In this document: positions 51,131 through 64,000 of the stretch, piece by piece
Layout: every line of letters begins with the position of its first letter
Position numbering within the stretch: position 1 is the first letter of the stretch
Assembly (NCBI RefSeq): GCF_001194135.2
Contig: NC_068988.1
Coordinates: forward strand, 70,705,661 to 70,769,660
DNA length: 64,000 nt
Direction of reading: 5' to 3'
Source of the DNA: Octopus bimaculoides
Taxonomy: Eukaryota
Position numbers and translations under genes: made by a program
Notes under the pieces: model-generated
The model's input: only the letters and a program-made list of their open reading frames with translations
What the model was told of the DNA's origin: nothing
Database searches by the model: none

Positions 51131-51153
51131 TCTCACCTTGCTAACTATCAGCC

Positions 51154-51185
<32 letters not shown>

Positions 51186-51359
51186 GCACCAGAGTAAGCA
51201 CATAAATGCGAAACAAGGTGAAAAAATAGTACTCTAATACCAGAGGTAGAGTAATAGAGTAATATGCTTTATTAACTGTTACTCAGTTCGCTCAGGCGAA
51301 CGGGAACGTAAAATTCTCAGTAACAGTTTCTGTGATATGTTTGCTACTTTTTAATAAAG

Positions 51360-51960
51360 TATATATGTATGTATGTAAATATGTATGTTTGTATGCATGT
51401 ATGTATGTATGTATGTATGTATGTATGGATGGATGGATGGATGGATGGATGGATGGATGGATGAATGTATATATGTATGTATGTATGTTTGTATGTATGT
51501 ATGTATGCATGCATGTATGTATGTATGTATGTATGTTTCTAAGTATGTGTTTGTGTATGTATGTATGCATGTATGTATGTATGTATGTATGTATGTATTT
51601 ATGTTTGCATGTATGTGTGTATGTATGTATGTGTGTATAAGACATTTTAAGCGCCAGCGCAAATGAAGCTATAAATAAAAAATGCTCATAAAATATCACG
51701 TAAGTATACAGTTCATATATTTGACTAATATTCTATGCACTTTTGTTTCTTTATGACTTTCTTTATACTGGCTATTTAGAAAGATCATTCAAAATTTTTT
51801 ATCGCTAAATAAACGTAAGTGTATGTATGCGTGTGTATATGTATGTATGTATATATGTATGTATGTATATATGTATGTGTGTGTGTATATATGTATATAT
51901 ATATGTATGTATATGTGTGTGTATGTATGTATATAGATGCATGCATACACACATACATCC
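51360..51960. repeat. (TATG)n/(GGAT)n and (TA/TG) microsatellite cluster
   Basis: Direct reading; source of the MYVC/HTYI pseudo-ORFs. Confidence 0.93.
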
Positions 51961-52899
51961 TTATATCCATGCATTCATACTTACGTACATAGTGCCGTAA
52001 ACAACAGTCGTGCAGGCGTAGAAGACCATTCGAAATGGGTTGTTGAGCGTTTTTGTCTACAGTTATTCCGATTTCAAGTTAAATCCATACCTGGTTTATT
52101 TCTTCATTTATAAAGAACATGAAAAATATTATTTGCCAATATATCATTATTCAGGCCGGATTACAAACTATAACTAGCACTACGAGGTAACTCATTAATA
52201 GGATCATTGATGATACTGATAAGAACAATGCCAACCCTGATAACAACGCAAGTAGTACTATGGCATCTGTAAGTTATGCATAGTGACATAAGTTTTCTTC
52301 TCATTTCACGTGGTTTTCACATTTGAAACAAGATTTATGTCGGTACTATGACAAAGACCGTGATGACTCTTCTATAGCTTATATAATGCGGTTAAAATAA
52401 TACAGTGGCGGAACTCGGCAGAATGCATCTTTGTAAAATTAAATGGCTATTACAAACAGAATTTGCTACTCCAACTCTTGAAATAATAATCGATCTTCTC
52501 TAAATACTGACAACTGGCTAAAATCTCTAAACAAACCGCTACCATCATTACTAGACTCTCATGTTTCTCCGTATGCAACTGATTTGATAGAGATGGCTAA
52601 AATACATTCAATTTCGGAGAATTTGGAAACAACTGTTTATCATGTTAATGTAATTTTGTCCTATGAGAAGTCTGCAGTATAAATGGTATAGAATATTGTA
52701 CCCATACATTAGTACAGAATACTCTACCTATATTATATCGACAATAAAACATATACAATTGACCCTAAAGATGTCCCTGTAGCTATAGGCAAAAATTATG
52801 ATGGGAATGCTTCTACGAGTCAGGTAAAAGAGGTTGACTTTCGACTGAAATGTATATAATCAGGACTATTGAAAGACAGATTGGTGTACTATATTGGCT

Positions 52900-53720
52900 T
52901 GATGAAGCTCGGACGATCCATGTCACCATGAATAAAACTACCGAGTTGGCAACAAAACTATAAGTCTTGACAAGGTCTTACAAAAAATTCCACAAGGGTC
53001 CTTGTGAGTCCAACAACATAGAGTCTGATGAGCTGACAGAGAAATAGAAAGGGGTTTGAGAATGTGTTGAACAACTTTTGATAAGCAAAACTGTGCTGTC
53101 TGAGGTAAGAAAACTCCGCAGAAAACTTGTGGCAGTATGGCTGGCTCATAGAAAAGCATTTGATTCTATTTCTCGTTCATGGTTGCTGCAGTCTATGTGC
53201 CGTGTAAACGTACCTACCCCCGTAGTGAAAGGGAATATTCGAAAGAGAGCTTTTATGCAAGTTTGTTTATTTTGACATTAAATCCTCATCATTTCTGCTA
53301 TAAAAATCCAATCGCTATATGCTAGATTATGCGATTTCTAGAGTTATCAATGTAACCAATAATTTCTTTGTAGAAGCTGTATGCTAAAACTGATTACAAT
53401 GCTGAAAAGAACTAGACTTAACTTTTTCTGCTGATATAGGAAGTGAATTTGGCTAAAAGAAATTATCGCATTTGTTGATCTAAACAGGGGAAATCAGCCT
53501 CCCAAATTCCTAACCGCTCCACCAAAGGTCTCTATATCTTTCCTGTTCCACACAAATATTGTTACATTCATTTAGGCATTGATGAGGACATATAATACGA
53601 AGATGCTGTGAAGAAAGATAGCGTGAGCCTAGAAGAATATTACACCAGAATTTGTTTAAATGGCAGTCAACATTCACCTCTTACAAGACATTATACCACT
53701 GTACCGCTATACCAGATCAC
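52900..53720 (+). mobile_element. R4-type non-LTR RT remnant
   Basis: QLLISKTVLSEVRKLRRKLVAVWLAHRKAFDSISRSWL, KGIF.., LFILTLNP, KLYAK, FSADIG.EFG. Confidence 0.75.
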
Positions 53721-55000
53721 ACGTGAAAGTGTGATATGATGTAATGGTTACGCGTCCAAGATAGATCACGTTCAGGGTATGTCGTAAAATTTTAGCTTTT
53801 AAAACATATTGGAAGCAGGGAGCCTATAGGCCAAATAAGCCTAAAGGCTTGCAATAGATATATGGGTTTCACTATGACGTCGAAAATTCTCAAATCAGTG
53901 CATTCAAATAAAGTACACTGTAATGTTTCTTCTGTTTATGCTACTTCCTTATCACCCAAGCCATCACAAATTCGGCAAACTAAGAGTTAGCTTGTTGGAA
54001 ACTTTTAACCCAGGAAGTTGTTGTTCATAAACAAGAATAAAAAAGTAATATTTTCATAAAACTCTTAAGTTTCTCAACCATTAAAATCTTTTTCTTTCAT
54101 TTCCGCTTCGTTGCGTTTTTTTTATATCGCTATGTTTGTCTCTTTCAGTTATATTCTCTTTAAGCATTATATATTATAGTACATATTATATATTATGTAT
54201 TCATATTNNNNNNNNNNNNNNNNNNNNNNNNNNNNNNNNNNNNNNNNNNNNNNNNNNNNNNNNNNNNNNNNNNNNNNNNNNNNNNNNNNNNNNNNNNNNN
54301 NNNNNNNNNNNNNNNNNNNNNNNNNNNNNNNNNNNNNNNNNNNNNNNNNNNNNNNNNNNNNNNNNNNNNNNNNNNNNNNNNNNNNNNNNNNNNNNNNNNN
54401 NNNNNNNNNNNNNNNNNNNNNNNNNNNNNNNNNNNNNNNNNNNNNNNNNNNNNNNNNNNNNNNNNNNNNNNNNNNNNNNNNNNNNNNNNNNNNNNNNNNN
54501 NNNNNNNNNNNNNNNNNNNNNNNNNNNNNNNNNNNNNNNNNNNNNNNNNNNNNNNNNNNNNNNNNNNNNNNNNNNNNNNNNNNNNNNNNNNNNNNNNNNN
54601 NNNNNNNNNNNNNNNNNNNNNNNNNNNNNNNNNNNNNNNNNNNNNNNNNNNNNNNNNNNNNNNNNNNNNNNNNNNNNNNNNNNNNNNNNNNNNNNNNNNN
54701 NNNNNNNNNNNNNNNNNNNNNNNNNNNNNNNNNNNNNNNNNNNNNNNNNNNNNNNNNNNNNNNNNNNNNNNNNNNNNNNNNNNNNNNNNNNNNNNNNNNN
54801 NNNNNNNNNNNNNNNNNNNNNNNNNNNNNNNNNNNNNNNNNNNNNNNNNNNNNNNNNNNNNNNNNNNNNNNNNNNNNNNNNNNNNNNNNNNNNNNNNNNN
54901 NNNNNNNNNNNNNNNNNNNNNNNNNNNNNNNNNNNNNNNNNNNNNNNNNNNNNNNNNNNNNNNNNNNNNNNNNNNNNNNNNNNNNNNNNNNNNNNNNNNN

Positions 55001-55097
55001 TATACATAATATATATATTATATACATATATATAAATAATGTACATATTATATATATACATATGTATATCTATAAGTATTTATACATATATATATTT

Positions 55098-55135
<38 letters not shown>

Positions 55136-55421
55136 TATATATATACATATATATATATCTATATGCATATATATATATACATAATGTATATATCATATAT
55201 ATACACATATATATGTATCTATATGTATATATATATATGCATAATATATATATATATGTATGAATGTATGTATATATATATATACATAATATATATATGT
55301 ATGTATGTATATGTATATATTTATTTTTCTTTTACTCAATACAACTTTCTCTCTCTCTCTTTCTCTCTCTCTCTTTCTTTCTCTCCCTCTCTCTTTCTCT
55401 CTCCCTCTCTCTCTCTCTCTC
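55001..55421. repeat. (TA)-rich tract followed by (CT)n
   Basis: Direct reading; follows the gap at 54208-55000. Confidence 0.93.
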
Positions 55422-57289
55422 CATAAAAAAATTCCATCAGTATTGTGCAATATACCCATATGTCTTTTTTGTGCGATTGACTTCTTATTACAGTGTTTTT
55501 AATGTTATTATTCGGTTTGAATTAACTTTATTTAAGAGAAATATTTCTTAGTTATAAGATTAATGTTTGTCGTCTATTCGTCATATATTGGGTGAAATCA
55601 ACCGCCCAATATTACTTGTACAGATTAAAAGAAAATTTGTAATGAATTGTAAACTTAAAATTTTCATGCGGTAAATGTTATGTGTGGGAATTAGGAGAAA
55701 TTTATTCTGCTGTTGTTTGTGTTAAACGTCTGACGAATAAGTGGTACTTTGAAACCAGCAGCTAATAGAGTATATTTCTAGTAACAGCAGCTAGTAGAGT
55801 AACTTACTTATATACTTAGCTGTTTCTTGCGTTTAGAAAATGACAATCACTTATGATTTCTTTGTATTGTCTGCACATTATTTCATGGTTAATATGTTAT
55901 GTGACTACGTTGAATGATATCGATTTCGGAGTACAGAAAATGTTTACTCTTTTGTCCATATGCAAACTTAACTATTTACTGCTAGCTGCTATAATTCAGA
56001 TTATATGTTCGAAGACGTTCAAGTAATAGTTTTTTAAGAAGAATGAGTGATATGAAAACGTTTTTGAAAGTGGGTAATGTAGAGACTTGTGACCGCGAGC
56101 TAGAAGCCTACAGTTCACAGACATACAATCCATCAGAGTGAAGTTAGACGTTTTTCTTCTACCTTTGATTTCGTAGAATATACTTTCTCTGAAAGGATTT
56201 CTGCAATAGAATATGCTAACGTTTATTGAAAAATATTTTCCTTCAATAAAACATAGGTCTTCCAATGAATAAGTTTTTTTTTATATGAAAAATTTGAAAT
56301 CCTATGAGGGATCGTTTCAAGTAAATTAATATCGATGTCGTAGAAAATGTTCTTTTTTTTTAATCTCTAAACTCTGTTTCTTGTAACTCTCATTGATTAA
56401 TCAGTTAAAGTATATTATTGGATTAATTCCCTCACAACCACATTTAAGATCAATTTTAGTGATATTAATAATTTGGAAACCAGTTTAATTTCCTTTTGGT
56501 GTTATATTGACGTCATAATAATTAATTACTGAAGAAATCAGATTCCCTGAAGCTGCTACAACTTTAGCCTCATAATATAAACCATCGCAGTTGCTTAATG
56601 AATTCCTATTATAAGGCATAAATAAAAACAGCAACTGATGATATTACTACTGATAGTAATTTTCGAACTGTTACTACTACAAAAATGCTTCATTATTTTC
56701 ATTAATATTGACGCGTCAATAACTGAGTCTTTTGATGCTTTTTATTGTTACATTTGAATCATCATAGGCAGCCTATCAACCCTAAATTTCATTTTTTTTA
56801 ATGACTCATTATTATTCTATTCCAATTCCTTTCTTCGTATATTTGATATTGTTGTAGTGGAAGTGGTACATCACTGCCACGGGAGAAGTAGTATGAGAGA
56901 ATCACTATAAAGTGAAGCGATATCAACAAGCATAGGGAGGCGTGTGTCAGTCGTTGTGCTATTTCTCAGTTGGAGTTAAGTGTCAGTTATGTGTTATAGT
57001 CGAGTTCGAATCACAGTGAAGATAAACGGTTCAAATTCGGTGTCTTGTAGAGCTATCAACGATGGCACGATAGACAAAGTGATGTATCACCATTCCAGTA
57101 TAGAAGTGATACGCTATATCCGATTACAAGAAAACATCGTGGTTACAACAGCTACAGTCACAACAGCGGCCAGACATTATAACTGTGGAAAACACATCAT
57201 AACATATATTCCATACGATTCTCAACTTCTTGGAACTACGTGATAGCATCTGTTACTCCGACGAGACTAGGACTCCACAAATGAACATT

Positions 57290-57500
57290 TTTCTTCAGTC
57301 TGCTGACTATAGAGATGCACACGATAAGACAGCCTAGCAGCTGTGAAAGATTGCCTGCTAGTCGTTTCCAGGGACTGTTTTTTCGTTGGATGCATTTTTC
57401 TTCGGTAGTCGCTTTTCTCGTCTTCTTAAACGGCTATATAGTACCAGCCTCTAGTTGGAGGGATCATCAGCAATGTTGTCCCATCTTTCAAATGTTGGTG
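57290..57500 (-). mobile_element. Possible RTE/Bov-B LINE 3' fragment
   Basis: Minus strand ERWDNIADDPSN*RLVLYSRLRRREK resembles the RTE terminal WE..A.DR..WR motif; weak. Confidence 0.3.
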
Positions 57501-59529
57501 GATTTAGGTGGAGAGTGTACGCATCCCCCTCATCTTCCTCCTCCTCCACCTCATCATCATCATCAAGAGGTCTTATAGAGGGAATAAATTCAGGTTATTT
57601 AATATCATGTAATCAAGTTGTAGGTCAAAGTTGCACATATAATTTCGTCTCTCTGACATTTAAGATTCAATCAATTTTAATAATCACGAAATTGTCAGAA
57701 TATCAAATCTTTATTTCTTCAGATATGTTATGTTTACCAATGTTTATAAGAATTAATTAAAATTATTGAGAACTTGCAGCTGTCATTTTAACAGATATGT
57801 TACAAAATATTTCACAGTCGGTCTGTGGAACACTATATTCTTCACCACCACAAATTTGCTAACATTTTCAGGGTTTGATAGTTTGCCAATATATTTAATA
57901 TTTGGCGACGTGAATGAATGTTCGCACATTGTTTCACAACATGTATGAAATAGTATGTGGAAGATTTCACATGCTTCGACTATTGAAATTGCGGCCATTA
58001 CTTTCGCTATATCATCATTGGAAACCACATTAGCAAGGATGATTATAACGTTCGTAAAATTAAAGTTTTGGATTTCTATTCTTAATGAAAATGGTTGTTC
58101 TTAATTGATAGCAATCTATGAAACGTTTCGAAATTTTTGAAACCACAACCAACAAATACTGACTTCAAGTTACTTGTATATTATTACAATATACATTCTA
58201 TAAACGACAACGTTTTTGTTTTAGAAGGAACGCCAACGAGAAGAAATATGAACTACAGTATTTAATTTCATTCCTCTATATGTTAACGTCAGATTCTACA
58301 ATAGTTAATTTTGCATTTCACCACATCCATTGGCAATAATAACTGGTCATAACCTGGGCTGATCATTATGAATAGCTTTGTGATAATTTAAGATACTAAT
58401 AAATATAATGTGCATAATTTAGTATTGTGCGTGTGTGTGAGTGTTTGAGACAGAGATGGGAAAGGAGAGAGAGAGACTGAGCTTTAGACTGTGCGTTGAT
58501 GTGGAGATAAACACAGCAGATGATAAAAAAGGTGAAAAACAAGAAATTCTGGAAATCTCTATTGCAGTTTTCGGGTGTCAGATTCTTAAGAACCGATCCC
58601 AGCTACTTCGTCCTCGTCGACGGCTATAGTTTTCGAGATTTCATCGCTATTACCCACCACTATTCCTCTATATATTGCTGTATATTGCTATATATTGCTG
58701 ACGTAGAGGGCGGTAAAGACCTTACTATATACCAGTGTATCGCTACCAAATGTAGGTCGTAATCTCTTCAGTTTATTCTGGCCGTTTTATTCTGCCAAGC
58801 CGTTTTATTCTGCTAGGTGGTGAGGTATTTGCTCACCTATTTCTGATATTGGGCTTAAAGTTATTTCCCTTGCCAAACTCAGAGATTTGGCTTGTGATAC
58901 TCAGGAACAGGGATTTTTCAGTTTATGGTTGCTGTTGATCTTCATTATTTCGTTTACTGTATTTCTGTTCCTCTGAGCATCCAGCTCTGGGTTGATTTAC
59001 TTCGACATATGTAACAACTAAGCTTTCAGCTTGTATCATTAAATCCATGCACTTAGTCTCGGTGCCTCCTCTGGGTACAGTTCGGTTAGGCTTTGTGGCC
59101 CTCGGTTACCATTAAGACTTCTAAATTTATTTTGACACCCTGCTTTGACTATTCTTCCATACTGCGATAGATATGCGACTACTAGCAATGAATCTAAGTT
59201 GTTAGATGTGTCTTATTGCCATAGTTGTGTGCTTATGTAGTTGGGCATAAATGCCATAGATTTTAACGTTCTCATTTGAAAGAATTTCCGATATGTTCTG
59301 AAGAGACTTGTTATACTACACGAAGTCAGTGGGGATTCATCCCACTTTCGTCCTTCCGTTAATAGAGACATATATATTTCTTCTTTAATCTCTTTTGGAT
59401 TAGCTCCTGTGATAAAGATATGGTGTTCGATTTTACGAACTACTCCGAAATACATCTTTTGTTGTGAGTGTTAGATATTAGAGTTTTCTACATTCATTTT
59501 GGAGCTAGTAATAACACAAACAATTCTTT

Positions 59530-60935
59530 CTTTGGTACCACCAATACTCAGGATATTTTATATCATGTCGTGAAGCTCTGGAAAAAAACGCTACAACTAT
59601 AAATTCTGGAGAGTCAATATTCATCTTTCAAGGAGACTAATTTTCTCTTTTGTCATTTTATTTAGCATTGTTTCCTTTTAGTAAATTCTCGAGTGAAACA
59701 AATTATGGAGACAAGAAGTATGTGAAATCCATCAACCAACTTCTTTATATGGATGAGTTGAAACGTTTTGCGAAAACTGATCAACAATTGCACGCGCTCT
59801 TTCACACAGCCACACAATTTAGTGATGACATCAAAACGGAATTTGGGCTTGACAAATGCGCCTAGGCTACATTTGTCAAGAAAAAGCTATCAAATACATG
59901 CAACATCGTCCTTGAAAGAGATACGGACAGAAAAGATTTAGAACTTGATGGTAGTTAGAAATATCTAGGTGTTTATGAAGGAAATGAAAATAAGCGCTCA
60001 ATAGTAAGAGAAAAGTTAAGAAAGGAATGCTATCATTGAGTAAGGGCTATTTTGAGAATTGGATTCAATACCAGAATCAAAAACTTGGGCCATAATCACG
60101 TAAGCCATATAATCACATACAGCTTCAATGTTATTAACTAATAATCTTTGAGATAACAAAGTTGTGAAATCCGTAAACTAATGACTAGGCATCATATACA
60201 TCGATTAATAACTTCCGAGAAAATAAAACTCAGTGGTTAATACAATCTCAATTCTATTAAGAACTGCAGCGATGGGGCTTCTTGCATACCTGCAAGAAGT
60301 AAGCAGTAGTATGTTAGAGCTGATTCTGAAACTCAAAGATACCAAACAGCTGCACTCAGTGACGTAAAATGCAATAATACACCTTCGGGATATGCAGTGT
60401 GGTGAAGAAAATGCCGAAGAAAATACGTTACCAATTGAAAAGGCAAAACAAAAGAAAGACATGTAACTAAACAAACCATCCTCCAATACACTAAGTAGAA
60501 ATAGAAGCAAAAACCACAGCATGCCAAATACCATTATAAGGGCCAGGGACCCTGGTGTAGACCAAACTATTACTCATCAGTGACTGGTGTGCTCTGGTCT
60601 CAAGCCGGAAACTGAAGGGAATAATATGGCTCCTCGGGATCAGTTCATTCTAACCAAAAATTACCAGTGTAGCGTTCTGGAACACGAAAACAATCCGTCC
60701 TGTCACGTATGCAGAGACCGTTCGGAGAAAATAGACAACATCGACTGCCACTAATAGAGTACTTGCAAAGACCTGACAATATACCGCATATACAACCTCC
60801 ATCACTAAGAGAGTTGGTGGGAAGATAAACCATCATAAGTAGTCGAGAATGCTGAAGGCACCATCCTTTGGGATTTCGGTTCTGAGAGTGATCGGAAAAT
60901 TCAGAATAACCGACCAAATATTATTCTGGCTATTT
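59530..60935 (+). mobile_element. R4/Dong-clade remnant (RT C-terminus, CCHC, start of RLE)
   Basis: FQGD, INQLLYMDELKRFAKTD..FSDDIKTEFGLDKCA, ETEG..DQ..TKNYQ, ILWDF..DRKIQNNRPNII. Confidence 0.85.
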
Positions 60936-61109
60936 AAGGTCATAGTTCACAACTTTGCTTTTCAGCCTCACTGGGTCGACAATTGAAAACTGTTGTTTTA
61001 ATCGATAGAACACTCCCTTCTATATTCTGGCCTTGCGCCTTTGTTGTTATTATTTATGTCTTCCTAGTACTTGTTCTCGTTAAGAAAGGTGATAAATCTA
61101 ACGAAGTAC

Positions 61110-61235
61110 TGATGATAATGGTGTTGACGATGACACCAACGTGGACAAAGACAATGACGACAACGATTATGATGATGATGATGATGATGATGATGGAGAG
61201 GATGCGTGGTGGTGGTGGTGTAGTGACGATGATAT
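61110..61235. repeat. (GAT)n/(GGT)n degenerate microsatellite
   Basis: Direct reading; source of the poly-M ORF. Confidence 0.9.
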
Positions 61236-62484
61236 GGTTGTTTATTAAGACTTAGATTTACATTATCCTAATAGCTTATTAATATCTATTTAATAGCTTA
61301 TTAATAACCAAACTCTGATCCGTCCACTAAGCCATCAAGTGCTTTTCGTATAATCATGATAGTAATAAATAATGACTGAGTTTATGGCGATCTTGTATCA
61401 TAAGTTCTTTTAATTGAAATCAATGTATCCGTAGTATTTATGAAAGAAAGGTAAAAGATAATTTTTCCTGCTAAATGATATTGCAATGAAGATGATAGAC
61501 ACACCACACGATTATACAATTATACGCAATGCACGTGATGGCTTAGGGGTCGGGTTACTGACTAGTTATAATATTAATAAAATGAGGATAGAGCGTTGGT
61601 TAAGAAACGAAACAACTAATTGCTGAAACAGTATGTCAAAATTCATTTGTTATATAAGAGAAAAGAAAGGTTGAGTAAAACGTTTATTATAGTTTCTTTA
61701 TTCACACAACTACTGGTTTGGTTAACTTTTAGTATATGTGGCTGCTCTCAACATAGTAACATTTATTGGCGGTTGCAGAGAACTATATTATTGAGTAAAG
61801 TGTAATATTTCTCTCTTTGATAGTTGCTTTAATCTGTAATAAGGCTCTACCATTCAAAGTACTTATATGTTAATGTATAAAGTTGCGCTGGCGCCTATCT
61901 CTTTATATGTCTTTTAGGTACAATAGATCCAAAACTTATAAAGAGATGATGGGTTATCATGTACAATTATCTGCAATGTGTATATTCAAACATAATTTCT
62001 TTGAATGCTAAAAGCCAATACTAATATTTTAATCCTCCTTGTATATCTTGATCTAGTAACACAGTTTTGAAACGGTTTATTAATCACTACACTTGTGACT
62101 ATATCATTCGTATACCTTTGTGAGCCACTTAAGCCTAATCACTTGAAAATCACTAATTTTATTTATTGTAGCTGATGTTATTCACTGCGACAGAGGTTAC
62201 TGCTAGTAACCATTAAAAGAACTTGTGATACAAAAGTTCCATAACATCTGTCATTACGTGTTACTATCATGATTACACGAAATGCTCAAAAACACGAAAG
62301 TAAAAGAATAGGAATCAAGATATTTTCATAGTAAAACTATATATGTAATAATTTAAAACTGTAGAGAGTGAAGTAAAAAATACTACGGTTTTGACATTTC
62401 TAAAACTAATGACTGAAATGCAAATGCTCAATATGGAATAGATATTGCAAAGACTGTAAAATTAAATAGACAATTATCTTTTAT

Positions 62485-62871
62485 TTGTTTCAGTCACATT
62501 ATACTGCGGTCATGCTGGGACACCAACTTCAAGACGTTTAGTCGAACGAATCAAACCAAGTGTTCATTGTTAACCTTGGTAACTATCTATCGTTTTCTCA
62601 AGCCAAACCAATAAGTTATAGGGACGTAAAAACATTAATACTAGTTGTCAAACGGTCAGGAGGCGTGGAAAAAACTGACACAAAGACATACTCATATATA
62701 CATATATACGTCGAGCTTCTTTCAGTTTCCGCCTACCAAATCCACTCACAAGGCTTTGGTCGGCCCAAGGCTGTAGGAAAAGACACATGCACAAGATGCC
62801 ACGCAGTAGGACTGAACCTGAACCATGTGGTCGTGAAGCAAACTTCTTACCACACAGTCACGCCTGCGCCT
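62485..62871 (-). mobile_element. tRNA-derived SINE family B (CORE-like), full length
   Basis: Minus strand head aggcgcaggcgtgactgtgtggtaag (box A) and ggttcagtcc (box B), ctgcgtggcatcttgtgcatgtgtc CORE-like block, short central (TA/CA), tail ending gactgaaacaa. Confidence 0.9.
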
Positions 62872-64000
62872 ATTATATCTTAATTTTACTGAAAGAATAT
62901 GCATCTTACCGTCAGTAAAGTTTTAGAATATTTTGAAAGTAAAATTGCTGCTAACAACTAAAATATTATTCATGATATTTATATATTTAATATTATCATG
63001 TTTTATATCTATCTTCTTCTTTACATGTTCAGTTATTGACTGATTCATTCAATGCTAGTTATTGCTATCGGTGGTTTAGTAGAGCAGATGATTGACGGAA
63101 ATGGAATATAAAAATTTATTTAATATATTACTCGCCAATAATTCAATTTATATAATGCCTCCCAGTGAATTTTATTATTGTATATGAAATCAATGAAATA
63201 TAAACAGTAAAGCATATTTGTATTAAATAAATGTCTTCAAAAACCAAAAAGTGAAATAGATCTAAAACTTAAAAATACATTAAACTGGCGATATATTTTT
63301 TCAAAGACAGACTATCGTTAGACAAAGCTGCTCACAACGGAAAGTATGATCTCATAGAAACAAGTCAAGTTGTAGATAATGATTGGCTTTTGTTAAGATA
63401 TGCGTACAACACAAGGTTCAGAAATTTGAAGCAACACATTCGTATAACTTTTATGTCAAAAAGTGTATTTGACAACGTTGAATATTACTAAAATATGAAC
63501 TGGTTTCCATGGTAGTTAGTATATTAAAGTAGAATAGATGAAATAAAATTTATTAAATTTCAATGGCTACTTTTTTTGCATTTCTATTCTGTTGCAATTA
63601 TGAACGGTGGATGCAGATTCACAATGAACTAATCACTAATTCTTTGATAAGGATGCATCTGTAACTCGATACATAAACAAATATTTCCAGGGGTATTTCT
63701 CACTTGATTTTGCTGACATTTATCGTTAACCGATAAGTATTCGCATACATACGCATAGACATAGGTGCATACGTATGCACACACATTCACACATACGTCT
63801 CTGTAGCTTTTCGGTAAACGAAAATACAGGAGGATCAGTTAACTATGATTTTATTCAACATATTCCCTTCTGACATTCACATATTTTTTGCAGTGATCCT
63901 TTAGTTTTTCTAAGCCCAGTAAAAGAGCAGCGAAGGATGGGTCTCCAACGTGGTCTTTCGCGAGAACTTCTCAGCACCCCTTTGTATATGCATATGAATA

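Larger units (their letters stand above)
23392..55000. other. Assembly gaps (N runs) at 23392-24090, 25073-25184, 35592-35811, 37281-37622, 43631-44247, 45167-45455, 47940-48039, 54208-55000
   Basis: Direct reading; most abut microsatellites or inverted repeats. Confidence 0.99.

Noticed and set aside
23302-55184. Long ORFs in the supplied track that span N runs (e.g. 23302..24372, 43550..44331, 54136..55184)
   Set aside because: They are open only because N codons are not stops.
2323-55551. ORFs made of YLSI/HTHT/CVCV/MYVC/YIYI repeats
   Set aside because: Translations of microsatellites.
57766-58090. DVNEC (calcium-binding EGF-like) on the plus strand and a ~105-codon open frame on the minus strand
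   Set aside because: No further EGF cysteines, no acceptor before DVNEC, and no family recognised for the minus frame.
58760-59460. Coding-like minus-strand stretch with a faint PLE-like YG..QLHK..RFIASS resemblance
   Set aside because: Too degraded, and no second motif supports an assignment.

Overview
AT-rich, microsatellite-dense animal DNA with nine assembly gaps. The SINE families and repeat landscape look like an octopod (Octopus-like) short-read assembly; this is recognition from memory, not a database hit. No intact host gene, rRNA, true tRNA or CRISPR array is supportable. The window is mostly decayed mobile elements: three tRNA-derived SINE families, at least four R4/Dong-type (RT plus restriction-like endonuclease) non-LTR remnants, two Penelope-like retroelements, an internally deleted Gypsy LTR element, two mariner remnants, Helitron-like and MITE/foldback elements. 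Best observations: (1) a 1656-bp LINE-like element with 5'UTR, zinc-knuckle ORF1 and 3'UTR but no ORF2, inserted with a perfect 18-bp TSD into the 5' LTR of the Gypsy element; (2) its 3' end matches the tail of one SINE subfamily; (3) a 183-bp repeat in two copies carrying a minimal type I hammerhead-ribozyme motif; (4) two different Dong/R4 elements head-to-tail across a (TAA)n tract; (5) several long palindromic or foldback units. Boundaries of degraded elements are approximate.
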